From: Antechinus flavipes
Taxonomy: Eukaryota
Reading direction: 5' to 3'
NCBI RefSeq assembly: GCF_016432865.1
Contig: NC_067400.1
Span: forward strand, 514,104,001-514,168,000
Length of the DNA: 64,000 bases
This document shows positions 12,681 through 25,577 of the stretch, piece by piece. The notes under the pieces were generated by a model, which ran no database searches, had not been told where the DNA came from, and saw nothing but the letters and a program-made list of their open reading frames with translations. How positions within the stretch are numbered: the stretch's first letter is position 1; every line of letters starts with the position of its first letter. The position numbers were made by a program, and so were the translations under genes.

Positions 12681-13484
12681 GAGAGATCACTGGAAACTTT
12701 GGAGAGAGCAATTTCCTCTGAGGAGCAAAGATGGGAAGACAGAGTGTAATGGATTTAGAACAAAGTAAGAGGAGAGAAGTAGAAGCAATGAGCAAAGAAA
12801 ACTTTTTCAAGGAATTCAACTCAGAAAGCAAGGAGAAATGTAGGAAAATAATTGTTGGGAATGATAAGGAAGTGTTTCAAGAAGGTGGAACTTTGGTTAA
12901 GCTTATGGGTAGTAGGGAAGGAAGGAATAAATAGGAACATAGTTAAGATTATAGAGAGGGAATAATAGGGAGCAATCATATGAGAAAACAGCAGGGAGTT
13001 AAATATTTATCTTGTTGTATACTTAAATGGAAGAGCAGGCTGGGCATAATATAGTTAATAATAACAATAAATAGCATTTATTATTAATTTATTTATTATA
13101 GCACTTTAAGGTTCACAAAATATTTTACTTGTCAGCTCATTTTATCCTCACAAAAATCCACTTTAGGAATGAGGAAAAGATTTGTTGTCTTGTACAATCC
13201 TCTTGTTCTTGTTCTGTTCTGTTATGTATTGGAAGATGTTAAATTGCAGGAGGGAAGGAGAACGATGTTTGCCAAGTTCAAAAGAAAAAGAAAAGAAAGG
13301 AAATGGAAGGAAACAGAATCAAAGGTAAATGGAGCTTGACAAGGAAAAGGGAATAGTGAAATGAAAAACAAGTGAGAAAGAGTAATCACTTCGTTTGCCT
13401 CTTTGTAGGGCTGGCCCCATCCAACATGATACCAGATCTTCTTTTCTGGTCGGTCCACCTTATAGCCATTTTAAATAGCTCAGA

Positions 13485-13740
13485 TCAGCTAATTGATACA
13501 GCAAATAGAACACTGGATTTGGAATCAGGAAGACTCATCTTCATGAGTTTAAATCCAGCCTCAGATACTTACTAGTTATGTGACCCTGAACAAGCCACTT
13601 AACCCTGTTTAACTCCATTTCCTAATCTGTAAAATGAGCCGGAGAAGAAAATGGCAAACCACACCAGTATCTCTGCCAAGAAAACCCCAAAGGGGATCAT
13701 GAAGAATCAGACTGAACTGAAATGACGAACAATAACAAAA
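13485..13740 (+). mobile_element. MAR1-type SINE, full length
   Basis: tRNA-like head, CORE, RTE-like tail gaaaatggcaaaccacaccagtatctctgccaagaaaacccc...aacaataacaa. Confidence 0.88.
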
Positions 13741-16124
13741 TAGCTCAGCCTGGACTTTTAGGTCATTTCCTACAATTCTACCCTATGAATTCCCTGGGAT
13801 GGGAAATACAAAGAAATTCAGTTGTTTTATTGCATATGAGGTTAGAGTTAGGTTTCTGTAGACAGCTTAACCCAGTTGGGCTGTGGAGAGCTGTCTTGCT
13901 TAAACCTGCCCTCTCTATAGTCAGATACCACTTTAACCAACCTAAAAGGAGAGTAGGGTAGAGAAACAACCTATACACATTACATGAAAAGACAGCACTA
14001 CTAACACCATACCGTACCATGACAAAACCCCCATCCCAGTCTCCCTTGCATGAGATCAGTTAGCTTTGGTATAGAATACTAGGGTAGGCTTAGTCATCCC
14101 TGTGTTATTTTCACATTCCTCTCCCTGGGTCAGAATTTTGGAAGGCACCAAGACCCATTAAATTAACTAGCTAAACCCCAGGTCTATGTGGTATCACTTT
14201 CTGCTTTCTTCCCTGGGAAACCTCAAGGAAATTGGAGATAAGGGAATAAAATGTTCTTGTTCATCCTTCCCTGAGCTCTTGTATCCATCAAGGCAGCAAG
14301 TCTTTCTGTAGCCCTGAGCCTACGGTTCCCTTCCTCCACCACCCCATTCTCACTGCGAGCTCCTGCTGCCTCCACCATCCCTCTCTCCCTCCCATGCAAA
14401 ACATAATGTTACCAGTAATGCTAGAATGAAATAACACACCAAAATTTGAAAAGGCAAAGGGGCAGGAGCCAAATGGCACTAGCTTCCTCTTTCCTGTTGA
14501 TAAATCCCTTACCTGCTCAGGCACTCATTCAATTAGATGGATTAATGTATCAGAGTGAGGAGTTCAGAGAGATCACATGCTCTCTCAGAACTGCTAGATC
14601 CCCCCAAAGCAGGCTGACCAAATCTTTGGGATGTCTGGGGGGCTAGAGGTTTACCAGGAGCTCAAGTCTGATGGGACAAGTTCAACACATGTAATGTAGT
14701 AAAACAGAAAAGTCCTGGATCCAAATCTTGCCAATGATGCCTACTGTGTAACCTTGAATAAGGCATTTAAACTCCTCAGGTATCAGTTTCTTCATGTGTG
14801 AAATAAGGAGATTGAGCTTGAGATGATCTCGAAGATTACTTCCAGTTCCATGAGTCTATAAGGATTCCCCCAAAGGTCACTGGGCTAATATCTAATTACC
14901 CTTCCTTGTCTGTCCCTGCAGAAGAAGAAAGTGGGAAGGAAGGCTGAGGAGAAAGGGAATACTTTTTTCAGAACTTGTGGCAAATCTTACTTTGAAGCAA
15001 AAATCATTGTCCTGGGATAGGAATCTCCTCAGTAATAAAAAGAAAGATTTTTGAGGGCAAAAAAAATGCTTTATATATGTCTTTGTATTACCAGCATCTA
15101 GCACGGGATCAGTAATTAATGTTTGTGGCTGAATCAAATCAAATTGGACCTTAGCCATCCCATTCCCTGCCAGGGATCCCATAGAGAAACCTCAGAGAAA
15201 AAGTTTTCCTCCAGTGTCTTAATGTAGAGGTCATCCTGGGCTTTCAAAGGCTCTCAAAGCAGGAAATTAGCTCTAACGGTTCTAGCAAGCTAGAAAGGTT
15301 TTGGGGGTGCTACACCTGCTATAAGGCTCAGAACCCATTCAGCTAAATATACAGAGAGGCCCAGCACTAGCAAGTTGGCCCCAGATAAATGAATTCTTTG
15401 GCCACGGTATGACCCATGAAAAACCTCTATGCCTCTTTTATGTATGTGTTTTTGCATTCTGTTTTAGTAACACACATTTATTTAGTAAAACAAATAAACA
15501 ACAGAAGCTGTTGGGGAATGTGTATATTCCTCAGTCCCTGGGAACTCTGAAGAACTATGTCTGGAGAAGCAGCTTTGCAATTTAAAAGCCCATCATATTC
15601 ACATTTAGGTTAGCCCCTCTATGGCAACATTAGGTTGGATTCCAGTGATGATTTATCGTTTTAATTGAGACTTTGCTTAGAATTCATTGCCGATAGCCCA
15701 AGGGGTTCCACAATGCCTAAAAAGTCCCTGTCCTAGATTGGTCTCATCTAGACTGGGCTCTCCCCCCTTTTCCTGTTCCCATTTCCTCCAACAGCAGATG
15801 CTGAGTTATAGCAGTAGCGGTTGGTTGCTAAGGAAGGGCCCATCTTCAATACCACCTCCACACTCCCAACCAATACAAATGTCCCTTGTAGTCTGGGGAG
15901 TGTATCCTGGAGGGCCCTGGCCTTTGTGTTGACTGGTAATAAATCCCTAAATGGAGTCACAAAGAGTCATACACACGCCTGGACAACAACAATAAACAAC
16001 TTGGTGTTGCTGCTTTGTCACTGCTGGCATCTCTATTTTCTCAGGTGGAAGCCCTACTCTTCCAGATCACCGCAAAGCTGCCTTTTATCACCATTCTGCT
16101 TCCACCACCCTTCTGTATCCAATC

Positions 16125-16233
16125 AATCAACCATTATTTATTAAGCAAGTACTATATGCCAATATGCCAGGTACTGTTCAAGGTGCTGAAAATAGGAAGG
16201 TGAAATGAAACAGTACCCTCAAGGAGCTTACAT
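16125..16233 (-). mobile_element. L2 3' tail running into an assembly gap
   Basis: caatcaatcaaccattatttattaagcaagtactatatgcc...cagtaccctcaaggagcttacat. Confidence 0.75.
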
Positions 16234-16366
16234 NNNNNNNNNNNNNNNNNNNNNNNNNNNNNNNNNNNNNNNNNNNNNNNNNNNNNNNNNNNNNNNNNNN
16301 NNNNNNNNNNNNNNNNNNNNNNNNNNNNNNNNNNNNNNNNNNNNNNNNNNNNNNNNNNNNNNNNNN
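16234..16366. other. assembly gap (N run)
   Basis: Run of n. Confidence 1.
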
Positions 16367-16819
16367 AGATATACAGTCAGATACAGAGATACATGTGCAT
16401 ATACATATGTATATATTTATATTACATGATGCATGTGTACATATCTATAGACACACATATCTTTTTATATGTATTTAGATGAAACAGCACAAAGTTCCAA
16501 TTTTGCCTCTGTCACCTATTAACTGTGTGACCTTGAATAACTCATTTAACCTCTATGAGAATAGAGAAGATTAGATTAAATGATCCTTATAGTCCCTTTG
16601 AACTCTTTAGTCATGCAAAGCTTTGTCCTAAGCCCATGACCATTACCTATATGGAAAGTTGTAAATACTCTTTCCTTCTTTATAATGCATTATAATTGCA
16701 ATATCCTTAAATATGTCACATCCTCTCTTTTATCTCACTCCCACTCCTTTCCAGGATTATAAAGTTATTTAGAATGCTTAATTATTTTAACTGCCTCCAG
16801 TGCCTTTACAGAAATGTGC

Positions 16820-17050
16820 CTCAAGGGAGGAAAATGAGTTCAAATCCAGCCTTACTTACTAGCAATGTGACCCAGGGCAAGTCATTTAACTGATGTCTGC
16901 CTCAGTTTCTTCCTCTGTAAAATGGGGATAATAAGAGCACCCACCTTCCAGGGTTGTTCTGAGAATCAGATGAATTAATAATTGTGAAGAGCTTAGCACA
17001 GTATCTGGCACATAATAAGCACTACATAAATATTCACCATTATTGTTGTT
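16820..17050 (+). mobile_element. MIR SINE
   Basis: gagttcaaatccagcc...tgtgacccagggcaagtcatttaac...ctgtaaaatggggataataag...gcacataataagcact. Confidence 0.85.
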
Positions 17051-17619
17051 TTTCTGTTTGAGGGGTTTGGTTTTTTTTTTTTCATTTTAAGTCTGGGTGT
17101 CATCAAAATAGTAAGCTCCAGATATTGAAATTCCTTTCATCAAAGCTAATAAACAATTCTTCTACAACTTTCAGTCTTAAAGAGCTATGTAAACTATGGC
17201 AGGATTTGAATCCAGATCTTCCTGAATCCATTGCTGACTCTTTATCCATTATACCATACAGTCTCTTGATTTGCAAATAATAGATACTTTAATAAATTAT
17301 TATCCAATGAATTAATTTGCTTTCCTACCCAGCTCTCAACCCCAGTCATAGAGGGGATTTTGCAGGTAGTTAGTTCCACTACCAAAATTACCCTTTCTCA
17401 CTAAGAGACACCCCAGAACCTGCTCCATTTGCTACTAAGGCTGGGCAACAGAAACAGAATTGAACAGTTTTATCACTGAAGACCCTGAGATAATGCAGCA
17501 ACATTGATGTCATCCAATCTGCTAAGTTGTCTTTAAGATGCTTTCAGCAATAAGATGCATCCTGAAAAAGCTTCAATAGTGTGACTACCTCCCCTCTTTT
17601 TCTTTCCTTTTTCTTAAAA

Positions 17620-17990
17620 AATATCCTGGGTTCCTGGGAAGACTTGTAGCAATTGATGCAGAGTGAAGTGAGAAGAACCAAGAGAACAATTTATATAGTA
17701 ACAGTAATATTGTGAAGATTAAATAATCAGCTTTGAATGACTTAGTAACCCTGATCAACACAATGACCAATCACAATTCCAAAAGATTCATTATGAAATA
17801 TGCTGTCCACTTCCAGATAGAAAACTGATGGACTCAGAGTGCAGATTGGATGTCTTTTCCTCTCTTTCTTTTTTTTTTTTGAAAATATGGTTAATGCAGA
17901 AATTTCTTGTTAAAACCCATTTGTAATGAGTTTTATTTTTCTTGTTTTCTCAATAAGAAAGAAGATTTGGAGTTGAAAATCAATTTGAAT
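17620..17990 (+). mobile_element. old marsupial L1 3' end
   Basis: gatgcagagtgaagtgagaagaaccaagagaacaatttata...gactcagagtgcagattg. Confidence 0.7.
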
Positions 17991-18131
17991 TTAGGGGGGG
18001 AAATACTCTTTGTTACGCAGGAAGGCTTCCAGGAGAAAATGGGGGATGAAGGAGGGGGATTTGGGTGAGATAAAAATGAAAGACATCAATAAAAATATTT
18101 TAAATCTAATCCACCTGCCAAATAATTGTAG

Positions 18132-18274
18132 AGAGCAGCTATATGGCACAGTGGGTAGTGCATCAGCCCTGAAATCAGGAGGACCTAAGTTCAAATGTGG
18201 TCTCAGAAACTTAACACAGTCTGTCTGTGTGACCCTGGGCAAGTCACTTAACCCCAATTGCCTCAGGGGGAAAA
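18132..18274 (+). mobile_element. WSINE1-type SINE
   Basis: gcagctatatggcacagtgggtagtgcatcagccctgaaatcaggaggacctaagttcaaat...gtgaccctgggcaagtcacttaaccccaattgcctca plus A tail; degenerate TSD aaataattgtag / aaagaatagcag. Confidence 0.88.
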
Positions 18275-18684
18275 AAAGAATAGCAGGATAGCAGAACTAT
18301 TTCTACCTGAATACCATTTAAAATGGTGAGAAGATAAAATGATGATCATTATTAAGTGACTTTATATAGCCCTATAAAATCTGCAAAGTACTTTACTTAC
18401 ATTGATCTTCACAACAAACCTGAGAGGTGGCTACTTCTTTTATAGCTTCATTTTACAAGTGAGGAAAAGGAGGCTCAGAGAGATTAAACTATTTTCTCAG
18501 GATCACATAGCAATCATTAAGTATTAAATATCTACTATGTGGTTCAGCAGATTGTGAACTACTTGAGAACAGGAACTTTTACCATTCTGTGTATCCCCAA
18601 CATTTACACAGTGCCTGCTGCATGTTAGGCACTTAATAACTCTTTGTTGACTGACTGACCAACTATGCTAGGGTTTGAAGAATC

Positions 18685-18880
18685 GAGTTCCAAAAAAATG
18701 AAACACTATCTTCTTCACGGAGCTTACATTCGATGAAGGGAAGAGTGGGAACAATACGTACAAATATAAGTGCATATAAAGAATGAAGTTCCAAAATATG
18801 AAACAATACCTGTCTTCATGGAGTTTACATTTTAGGAGGAAAGAAGAGAAACAATATGTCCAAATGTAAGTGCACATAAA
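18685..18880. repeat. diverged two-copy tandem duplication (about 100-bp unit) of L2-derived sequence
   Basis: Units starting at 18685 and 18786 align: gttccaaaa..tgaaaca.ta.ct..cttca.ggag.ttacatt...aacaata.gt.caaat.taagtgca.ataaa. Confidence 0.8.
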
Positions 18881-19129
18881 TTATAAAACGAATATAAGGC
18901 AATCGTGACTAGCCCACAGGAACAGCTCCATTTCCTGGAGAATCTGAATTCAGATCTTTCTGGTTCTCCCTCGATTAACTCTATTCACTGTGGCAAGCTG
19001 AAATATCTACTTCGGACTGAGGAAGAGTGGGATGGAAACTCTTCTTGCCTACCTGGAATAACCTAAGAGGTTCTTCCTAATTATTTTCTCTGAAGCCAAC
19101 TTGACAATAATTAATTAGTTAGTTAGTGA

Positions 19130-20010
19130 AAGTCCGCCTTAGCTGGTCTTATGCCCTCCCTAGCCAGCTGCCCTATCTGGGGCCAATGGGTAAGTGCCCG
19201 GTGGTCTAGCGGAAAGGAATCCTGCGGGGAGCCCTAGCTGGCCGGGTCCTGCTCAGTGGCCGACGTTTGTGGCTAGCTCCGGGGACCGCAGCAGTCCGTC
19301 GGCACTGGCTCCTCGTTAGCTCTCCCGAGCACCTCCAACACCAGCTAACGAGAACGGATCTGACAGAGGAGGATTACCCACTCGGAGGGAGCTGGAGTGA
19401 TTGTGTTTACTCCCAAACCTGGCCCTATTTAGTGGGCTGTGTGCATCATTAATCTTCTTCTACAATCCGTTCCCCATCTGCTCCTACTTTTTAATGAACT
19501 GCCACTTGTCGCACTCAATAAAATCAGCACTTTGCGAGGATTTCAACGTCAACGGGGAAGAAGAGAACGATTGGGAAACCTCGATGGGAGAAAGCCGGAG
19601 GAAAATGAGAGGGAGGGGGAAGTTGAGAGAAGGAAGGCGGTGATAGAGATATCCCCCTTGGATTGGGGAACAATATCTGATCTGCATGGGCAAATGAATC
19701 ACAACAGGCTTCCGCCTGGCACTCTCAGGCTGCCTTGCCCCCAAGCAAGATACTAATAACCACATCAGACCAGGGCGTCGGCAATTCTTACACTGCACCA
19801 TGTCAGGCCGGGTTTGATCCGAGCATCCTGCTTTACACAATTATTTTCCCGACCGAGAATACTGCAGGCGGCACAAGGATGGAGTTTTCCAGCTTTGGCT
19901 GGCAGCTCTGGGGAGTCATCCGATACCAGGCTATTACCTCCTGATTACTTGACTTGGCAGTCAACCCACTCGGAGCCAGCAAATAAACAACGGGTAGACT
20001 GCGTGGGGAA
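19130..20010. promoter_or_regulatory. CpG-retaining island-like segment (candidate promoter or enhancer)
   Basis: Roughly 35-40 CpGs by manual count in about 0.9 kb against a strongly depleted background; GC-box-like gtccgcc, CCAAT (ggccaatgg), tgtttac forkhead-like and taat sites; no repeat recognised. Confidence 0.55.
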
Positions 20011-20362
20011 GCTGAGCCTTCCAATCGCACTTTTCAATCATGTGTCACACCAAAAGGTATAATGAGGGTTCCATTTGGAGCTCAGAAGATGGAAAGTCGA
20101 AGGATGAGCACGTGGGAGGAGAGTGGGGGAATGAGGGAGAACTGGGTTCTTTGCTCTACTATCGAAGTGTCCAGATCGGAAGAACCTTAAAAATCATTGA
20201 TTTCTGTCTGCCATTTTACACAAGAGAAAACCGAGGGCCGCAAATGGGGAAATCGTCATACATCTATTTAATAGTCTGGGAGTGCACTTTAAAAGAACCT
20301 GAATTCAAGGCAGACTTTTGTCTCTGAGGGATAAGACTAAGAATATGGAACTGGAAGTATTC

Positions 20363-20588
20363 GAGGGGGGTGGCACAATGGATAGAGCTAGAAGAGTCAG
20401 GGAAACCTGAGTTCCAATGCAGCCTCAGATACTAGCTATGTAACTCCAGGCAAGTCACTTAACTCTGTTTGCCTCCGTTTCCTCATTTGTAAAATGAGCT
20501 GGAGAAGGAAATGGCAAACCACCCCAGTATCTTTGTCCAGAAAACCCAAACAGTCAGGAAGAGTCAGACACAGCTAAACAACAATAAC
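20363..20588 (+). mobile_element. MAR1-type SINE
   Basis: tggcacaatggatagagc...gagctggagaaggaaatggcaaaccaccccagtatctttgtccagaaaaccc...aacaacaataac. Confidence 0.88.
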
Positions 20589-20651
20589 CTAGGGTTGGAA
20601 GTGGGGAGGGGTGGAGGATAAACCTCATTGCCCTGCAAAAATATTAATCCA

Positions 20652-21023
20652 GCGTGGCTCTTTTCAATAGCCAGATGATTCAGGCTATTTCCAATGGTCT
20701 TCTGATGAAGACCCAGAGAAAGGACTGTGGAGACTGAGTGTGGATCACAATATAATATTTTCCTTTTTTTGTTGGAGTTTGTTTGTATTTTGTCCTTTCT
20801 CATTCTTTTACTTTTCGATCTGAGTTTTCTTGTGCAGCATAATTGTGGAAATATGTATAGGAGAATTGCACATGTTTAACATATGTTGCATTACTTGCCA
20901 TCTAAGGGAGTAAATGGGGGGAAGAAAGGGAGAAAAAAATTGGAACACAAGGTTTTGCAAGGGTGAATGTTGAAAATTATCTATGCATATGTTTTGAAAA
21001 TAAAAAACTTAATTTAAAAAAAT
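20652..21023 (+). mobile_element. 5'-truncated L1 3' UTR with TSD
   Basis: L1 3' UTR ending ttatctatgcatatgttttgaaaataaaaaac; TSD aaaaatattaatcca (20637-20651) / aaaaatatttgtcca (21024-21038). Confidence 0.85.
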
Positions 21024-23829
21024 AAAAATATTTGTCCAAGTCTCAAAACATATATTAGCTTCATAGAGCTCACCAGTCTCTCTCTTTCTCATACTCTTAC
21101 CCTCCATAATTCTGGACTTGGCAGCTAGGTCATACAGTAGATAAAGCATTCAAATCCTACTTTAAACACTTAGCTGTATGACTGTGGGCAAGTTACATAA
21201 TAGCTCTCAGCTTCAGCTTTGTCATTTGTTGAAAGAAGGTAATGATAATAACACTAGCCTCACAGGACTTCTCAGGATCAGATGAGATAATATGCAAAAT
21301 GCTACTTAATGCTATTATTTTGTGTTATTATAATATTATTAGCCTATAACAAATATATACAGTTAGCCCTTTTATATGTGGATCACAGAAATTCACTCAA
21401 TTGAGAGCAAAAAAGATCTCAGTGGCCATCTAGTCCAATTCATCCACTAAAAGAAACCTGTTATATAACCCAACAAGCACCCTTGAAAAAACAATCCCAG
21501 CCAATCCTAGTGTCTTCTACCCCAGTTACCTTGTTTCTTTTAGAGTGCTTCCTTATTTCTTTCCAACTCTGATTCAGTAATGTTAGTATAAGCATGCTCA
21601 TTCATGAAGTCACAGCACTGACCCCCCGGCCTGTTTAAATGGTCTGAGGGGATCAGAAATGACAATCTGGATTTGAAACTAAAAGAGACCACATTATTTA
21701 GTCCAAGGCCCCATTGTACAGGTGAGAAAATAGAGGCCCAAAGAGGGAATAAGATTTGCTTAAGATCACACGGATTGTAGTAAGGATTCATTCTTAGTTC
21801 TTCTGATGCCAAATCCAGTACTTTTTCAATCACAATGTCCTCTCCTTAATAAAACTCTTTTCCTCTCAGCTCAACTCCTTGCTCCATAGATCATAGATTC
21901 CTGTTGTCCTAACTCCCTGCATCCTCGTCAACCCAGGAAGACTCTCCCTTTTCTTTCCCTCTCTTTGGCTGCCACAGGACTCTGACCAAAGACTTGTCTA
22001 TCCATCCAGACACCTGTGATGCCTATGGGGAGGCAAGACCACAGCTGCTGCTGTGCTCTCCAGAGAGGGAGTCAGCCCTCCTTGCCAACCCCTACAGCTC
22101 TGGGGCTTACTGTCTGTCTCCATTTTCAAGGGCTCCAGCTGGGATGGTTTTGATCAGCTGTCAAATGGACTTTCCCCAATGGGGTCCTGATGGAGCTCCA
22201 GGGAGGCTCCAAAGCTGCGCTCAGCAGCTGCCGGCAAGGTCCCCAGCCCTGCCATTCTGCTTGAGTGATTCTCTACTCAGGATGGTTGGCTCTCTTCACA
22301 GCCTAACCCAATTCTGATTAAGATAGAGGAAGGGGCCAGGAATAGCCTAATAAAGAAGGGTTGTTTGGGGAACAGAGAAAAGGGACCTGGGGGTGGAGAA
22401 GGGGACCAGGAGGCAGAGAATAAGGGCTAGAAATTTTCTCTAAATTTTGATGATAAATGAATTACTTCAAGACTTCAGAGAATCAGGATTTCATAGGAAT
22501 GAATTGCAATCCACTCTGCCAAAGCAAAGTCTTTGAGAGTTGTTGCATTTTTTTTGTCAGTCAATAAACATTTATTAAGCACTAACTATATGCCAGACTG
22601 CTAAATACTGAAGATGTAAATATAAAAAAACCAAGTCCCTGGCCTCAAGGAGCTTACAATCTATTGGGAGAAGTCAACAAACAAAAGGTTGCATAGGGAA
22701 GTACCTCATGTGTGAACATGATAGTAACAGTCAGAAAAGTAGCAGAGTAGTATAGCCAGGTGAGAAATAAGCTGTGCTCCTTCCTTAACTGGAGATTTTG
22801 GAGTTTGTGGCCCCACCCTCCAATCAGAAGGGCAGAGGGTGAAGTACCAAGGCTCATGGGAGCTTGCAGGATCATAGTTTTCCCAATAATGAGCTCCCTA
22901 GGGCATGGTGGAGAAGTCAGAGAAATTCCAGGCTAGTGCAGCCAGGTGAGAAATTAAGGAAATGTCTGATCTAAGCTGCCTCTAAATCAACTTTTGTGTC
23001 TTGCCTTCTGGTGAGAGCATGAGCTACTGCTCCATTCTCATCAGAGGAGGCCATGGGATCGTGGGATTCTAGATCTAGGGATGGAAGGCATCTTATAAAC
23101 CATTCAGTTAATTTTATGGATTATAACATTAATGATACAACCCATTTATAATTACAAATGATACAACTCACTTTGTAGATGAAAGAACTTCAGAAGGTAG
23201 ACACACAATTCTCTACAAGGTCCATGTTCAAACTTATCCAATTTGGCTAAACTAAGCTGATTTAGTTTAGTTGGCCCAGCCTGGGACATGTCAGGCAACT
23301 AGAGATGACTTTAATAAAGAATAAATGGATGAATAAATGATGATATAATTTACCACCATCTCCTCACCTTCTAATTACCTGTAGTCATAAGGCAGAAGAG
23401 CAAATCAAATTCTGACAGGGTAAATCAGGAGAATCCCCGATTTTCCATACAGGGACATGAATGTTGGCCCCATGTGAGAGAGACTTTGCCCTTTGCTGGG
23501 AGAACACACAAAACTCCTGACTAGGTATCAGCGACTAAAATCTGTCTCAAAAATGACTGGTGACTAAGAGCCAGGGCAAGTGGGCTCCACAAAAGTGAAT
23601 AGTATAAAACAATTATTTTGGCAGCATACTGGCCTTTCTCCCTAATGATATTTTACTTGGAAAGATGATCACCTCCTTTCACTCAAAAAGTGGACAAAGA
23701 AAGGAGGCCATCCCAGAGAGAACTAAGTTTGAAGAACAAAATGAGGGGATAGAGTGAAGAAAAAGGAAGATTTTGATTTAGAGATTGGTTTAATTTAAAA
23801 TACGCCACAGATGAAAAACAGCAAGATAA

Positions 23830-23970
23830 GCTATTTTTTACTTTTTTTTTGAGACAACAGAGGTTAAATGACCTGTCCAGGATCACACAGCTAGTAAGGA
23901 TCTGAAACAGAATTTGAATTCAAGTCCTTCTGACTCCAGGGCCAACACTATTCACTGTGCCACTCAGATG
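23830..23970 (-). mobile_element. MIR/WSINE-like SINE fragment
   Basis: ggttaaatgacctgtccaggatcacacagctagtaagg...tgactccagggccaacactattcactgtgccac. Confidence 0.7.
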
Positions 23971-25577
23971 ATCCAGCAGCAGGACATATAGGATAAAAGG
24001 TTGATCTTGGAAGATCAGGAAAACCTGAATTCAAATCCTGTGTTGAATATATTGACTGTGTGACCCTCAACACTAAATTATTTAACCTCCTGGCATTCCC
24101 CAGACAACTCTCTAAAACTATAAGTTACCAATCAGTTGCTCATCTTCATGGGTGGAATGAGTTTTCACAAATCTAAAGAAATAACATATCTTCACCTTTG
24201 TCCCACTACCAATAACACCACAGATAACAAATTAAGTGGGTAATCTATTTGTGCAAAATAAAAAATTTGTAAATAAATGAAGAGCTCCAAAAATACCACT
24301 CATCCCAGAGGCAAAGGCATAGTCAAATTCTTAAATATTAACTAAATTCTTTGTCTTTATCTCTCTATTGCTTGTTATCACCAGACTCCTAGTTATCTCT
24401 CCTCGAAATTTTAGAGTCCTTTTCCCCTTTCCTTTGTTCCTTTTCTTCTCCAGCTCATTTTACAGATGAGAACACTGAGACAGATGACATACCCAGGATT
24501 ACACATCTAGTAAGAGTCTGAGGCTGGATTTGAACCCAGAAACATCAGTCTTCCTGGCTCTAAGCCCAATACTCTAACCATTGCATTACCTAGCTATCCA
24601 CCCCCATTTCCCTTTTCCCATTCCTTTGTACCCTTAAGTAAATCAGTCGCTTAATTCTGTTAATCTTTTTCCCCCACAAGTTTTAGATTTAACCTATTCT
24701 TTTCACTTCTACTGGCATATTAATTTCAAAGGATAACAATTTCAGAGTTAGAAAAAATTATAAAGACCTTCTACTCTAATGGCTTTATTCTATGAGCAAT
24801 AGATTGGGAGTCAGTGGATCTGGGTTCAAATACTACCTTTGCACTTACTATTTGTATAAACCTAGGCAAATTACTTAATCTGTTTGGGCCACAGTGTCCT
24901 CAGCTATAGAACATGGACTAGATGTCCTCTAACTAAGATACCTTTCAGTACTAAGTTGTTAACACCAGAATCAGAGCTAAAATCCAGGGTCTCTTGATTC
25001 TATTCAGTTTTCTTTATGTTTTACTTCTGTTGCTTTAATGGGCTTAACTGCCTTCAACCTCTTCTTCCTTTCCTGTTCTCAAAACATTCTACATAACCTG
25101 CCAAAATTAATATTCCAAAAGCACAGCTGTGATCATGTCACTCTCCAGCTCAATAACTTATAATGGTTCCCTACTGTATATTGGCTTCAAGACAAGCTCA
25201 TTCTGGCATTCAAAGCCCTCCATAATATGAGTCCAACTTACATACTTCTCTAATTCTTATGATTATGTTTGTCTTACTGCCAGATTAATCTATATAGACA
25301 CCCAAAATGTTAGAGTGAGAAGGAGTCTTAAAGATGATTAGGAAGACCTGGGTTGAACTCCTGTCCCAGGAGATAATGTGATACAGTATAAAGAGAATTG
25401 TTTCAGAACTACAAAGAACTGATTCTAAACTCAGAAGATGTGGACTCAAACCCCATCTTGGATACTTAGTGGGACCTTGGACAAGTCCCTCTTCACAAAA
25501 GTGCAAAAACAATTATAAGAACTTCCATTATAGTCAAGTAATTGAGACCCCAAGAGGTTCCTTAAGATCCCATAGCT

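Noticed and set aside
19310-19352. Perfect 10-bp inverted repeat ctcgttagct/agctaacgag (21-nt loop); the left arm overlaps TCCTCGTTAG, the 5' end of tRNA-Asp
   Set aside because: About one or two such 10-bp stems are expected by chance in 64 kb, and the tRNA-Asp match stops after 10 nt.
19484-19840. 118-aa minus-strand ORF and overlapping plus-strand ORFs in the CpG island
   Set aside because: No recognisable domain; longer ORFs are expected in GC-richer DNA.
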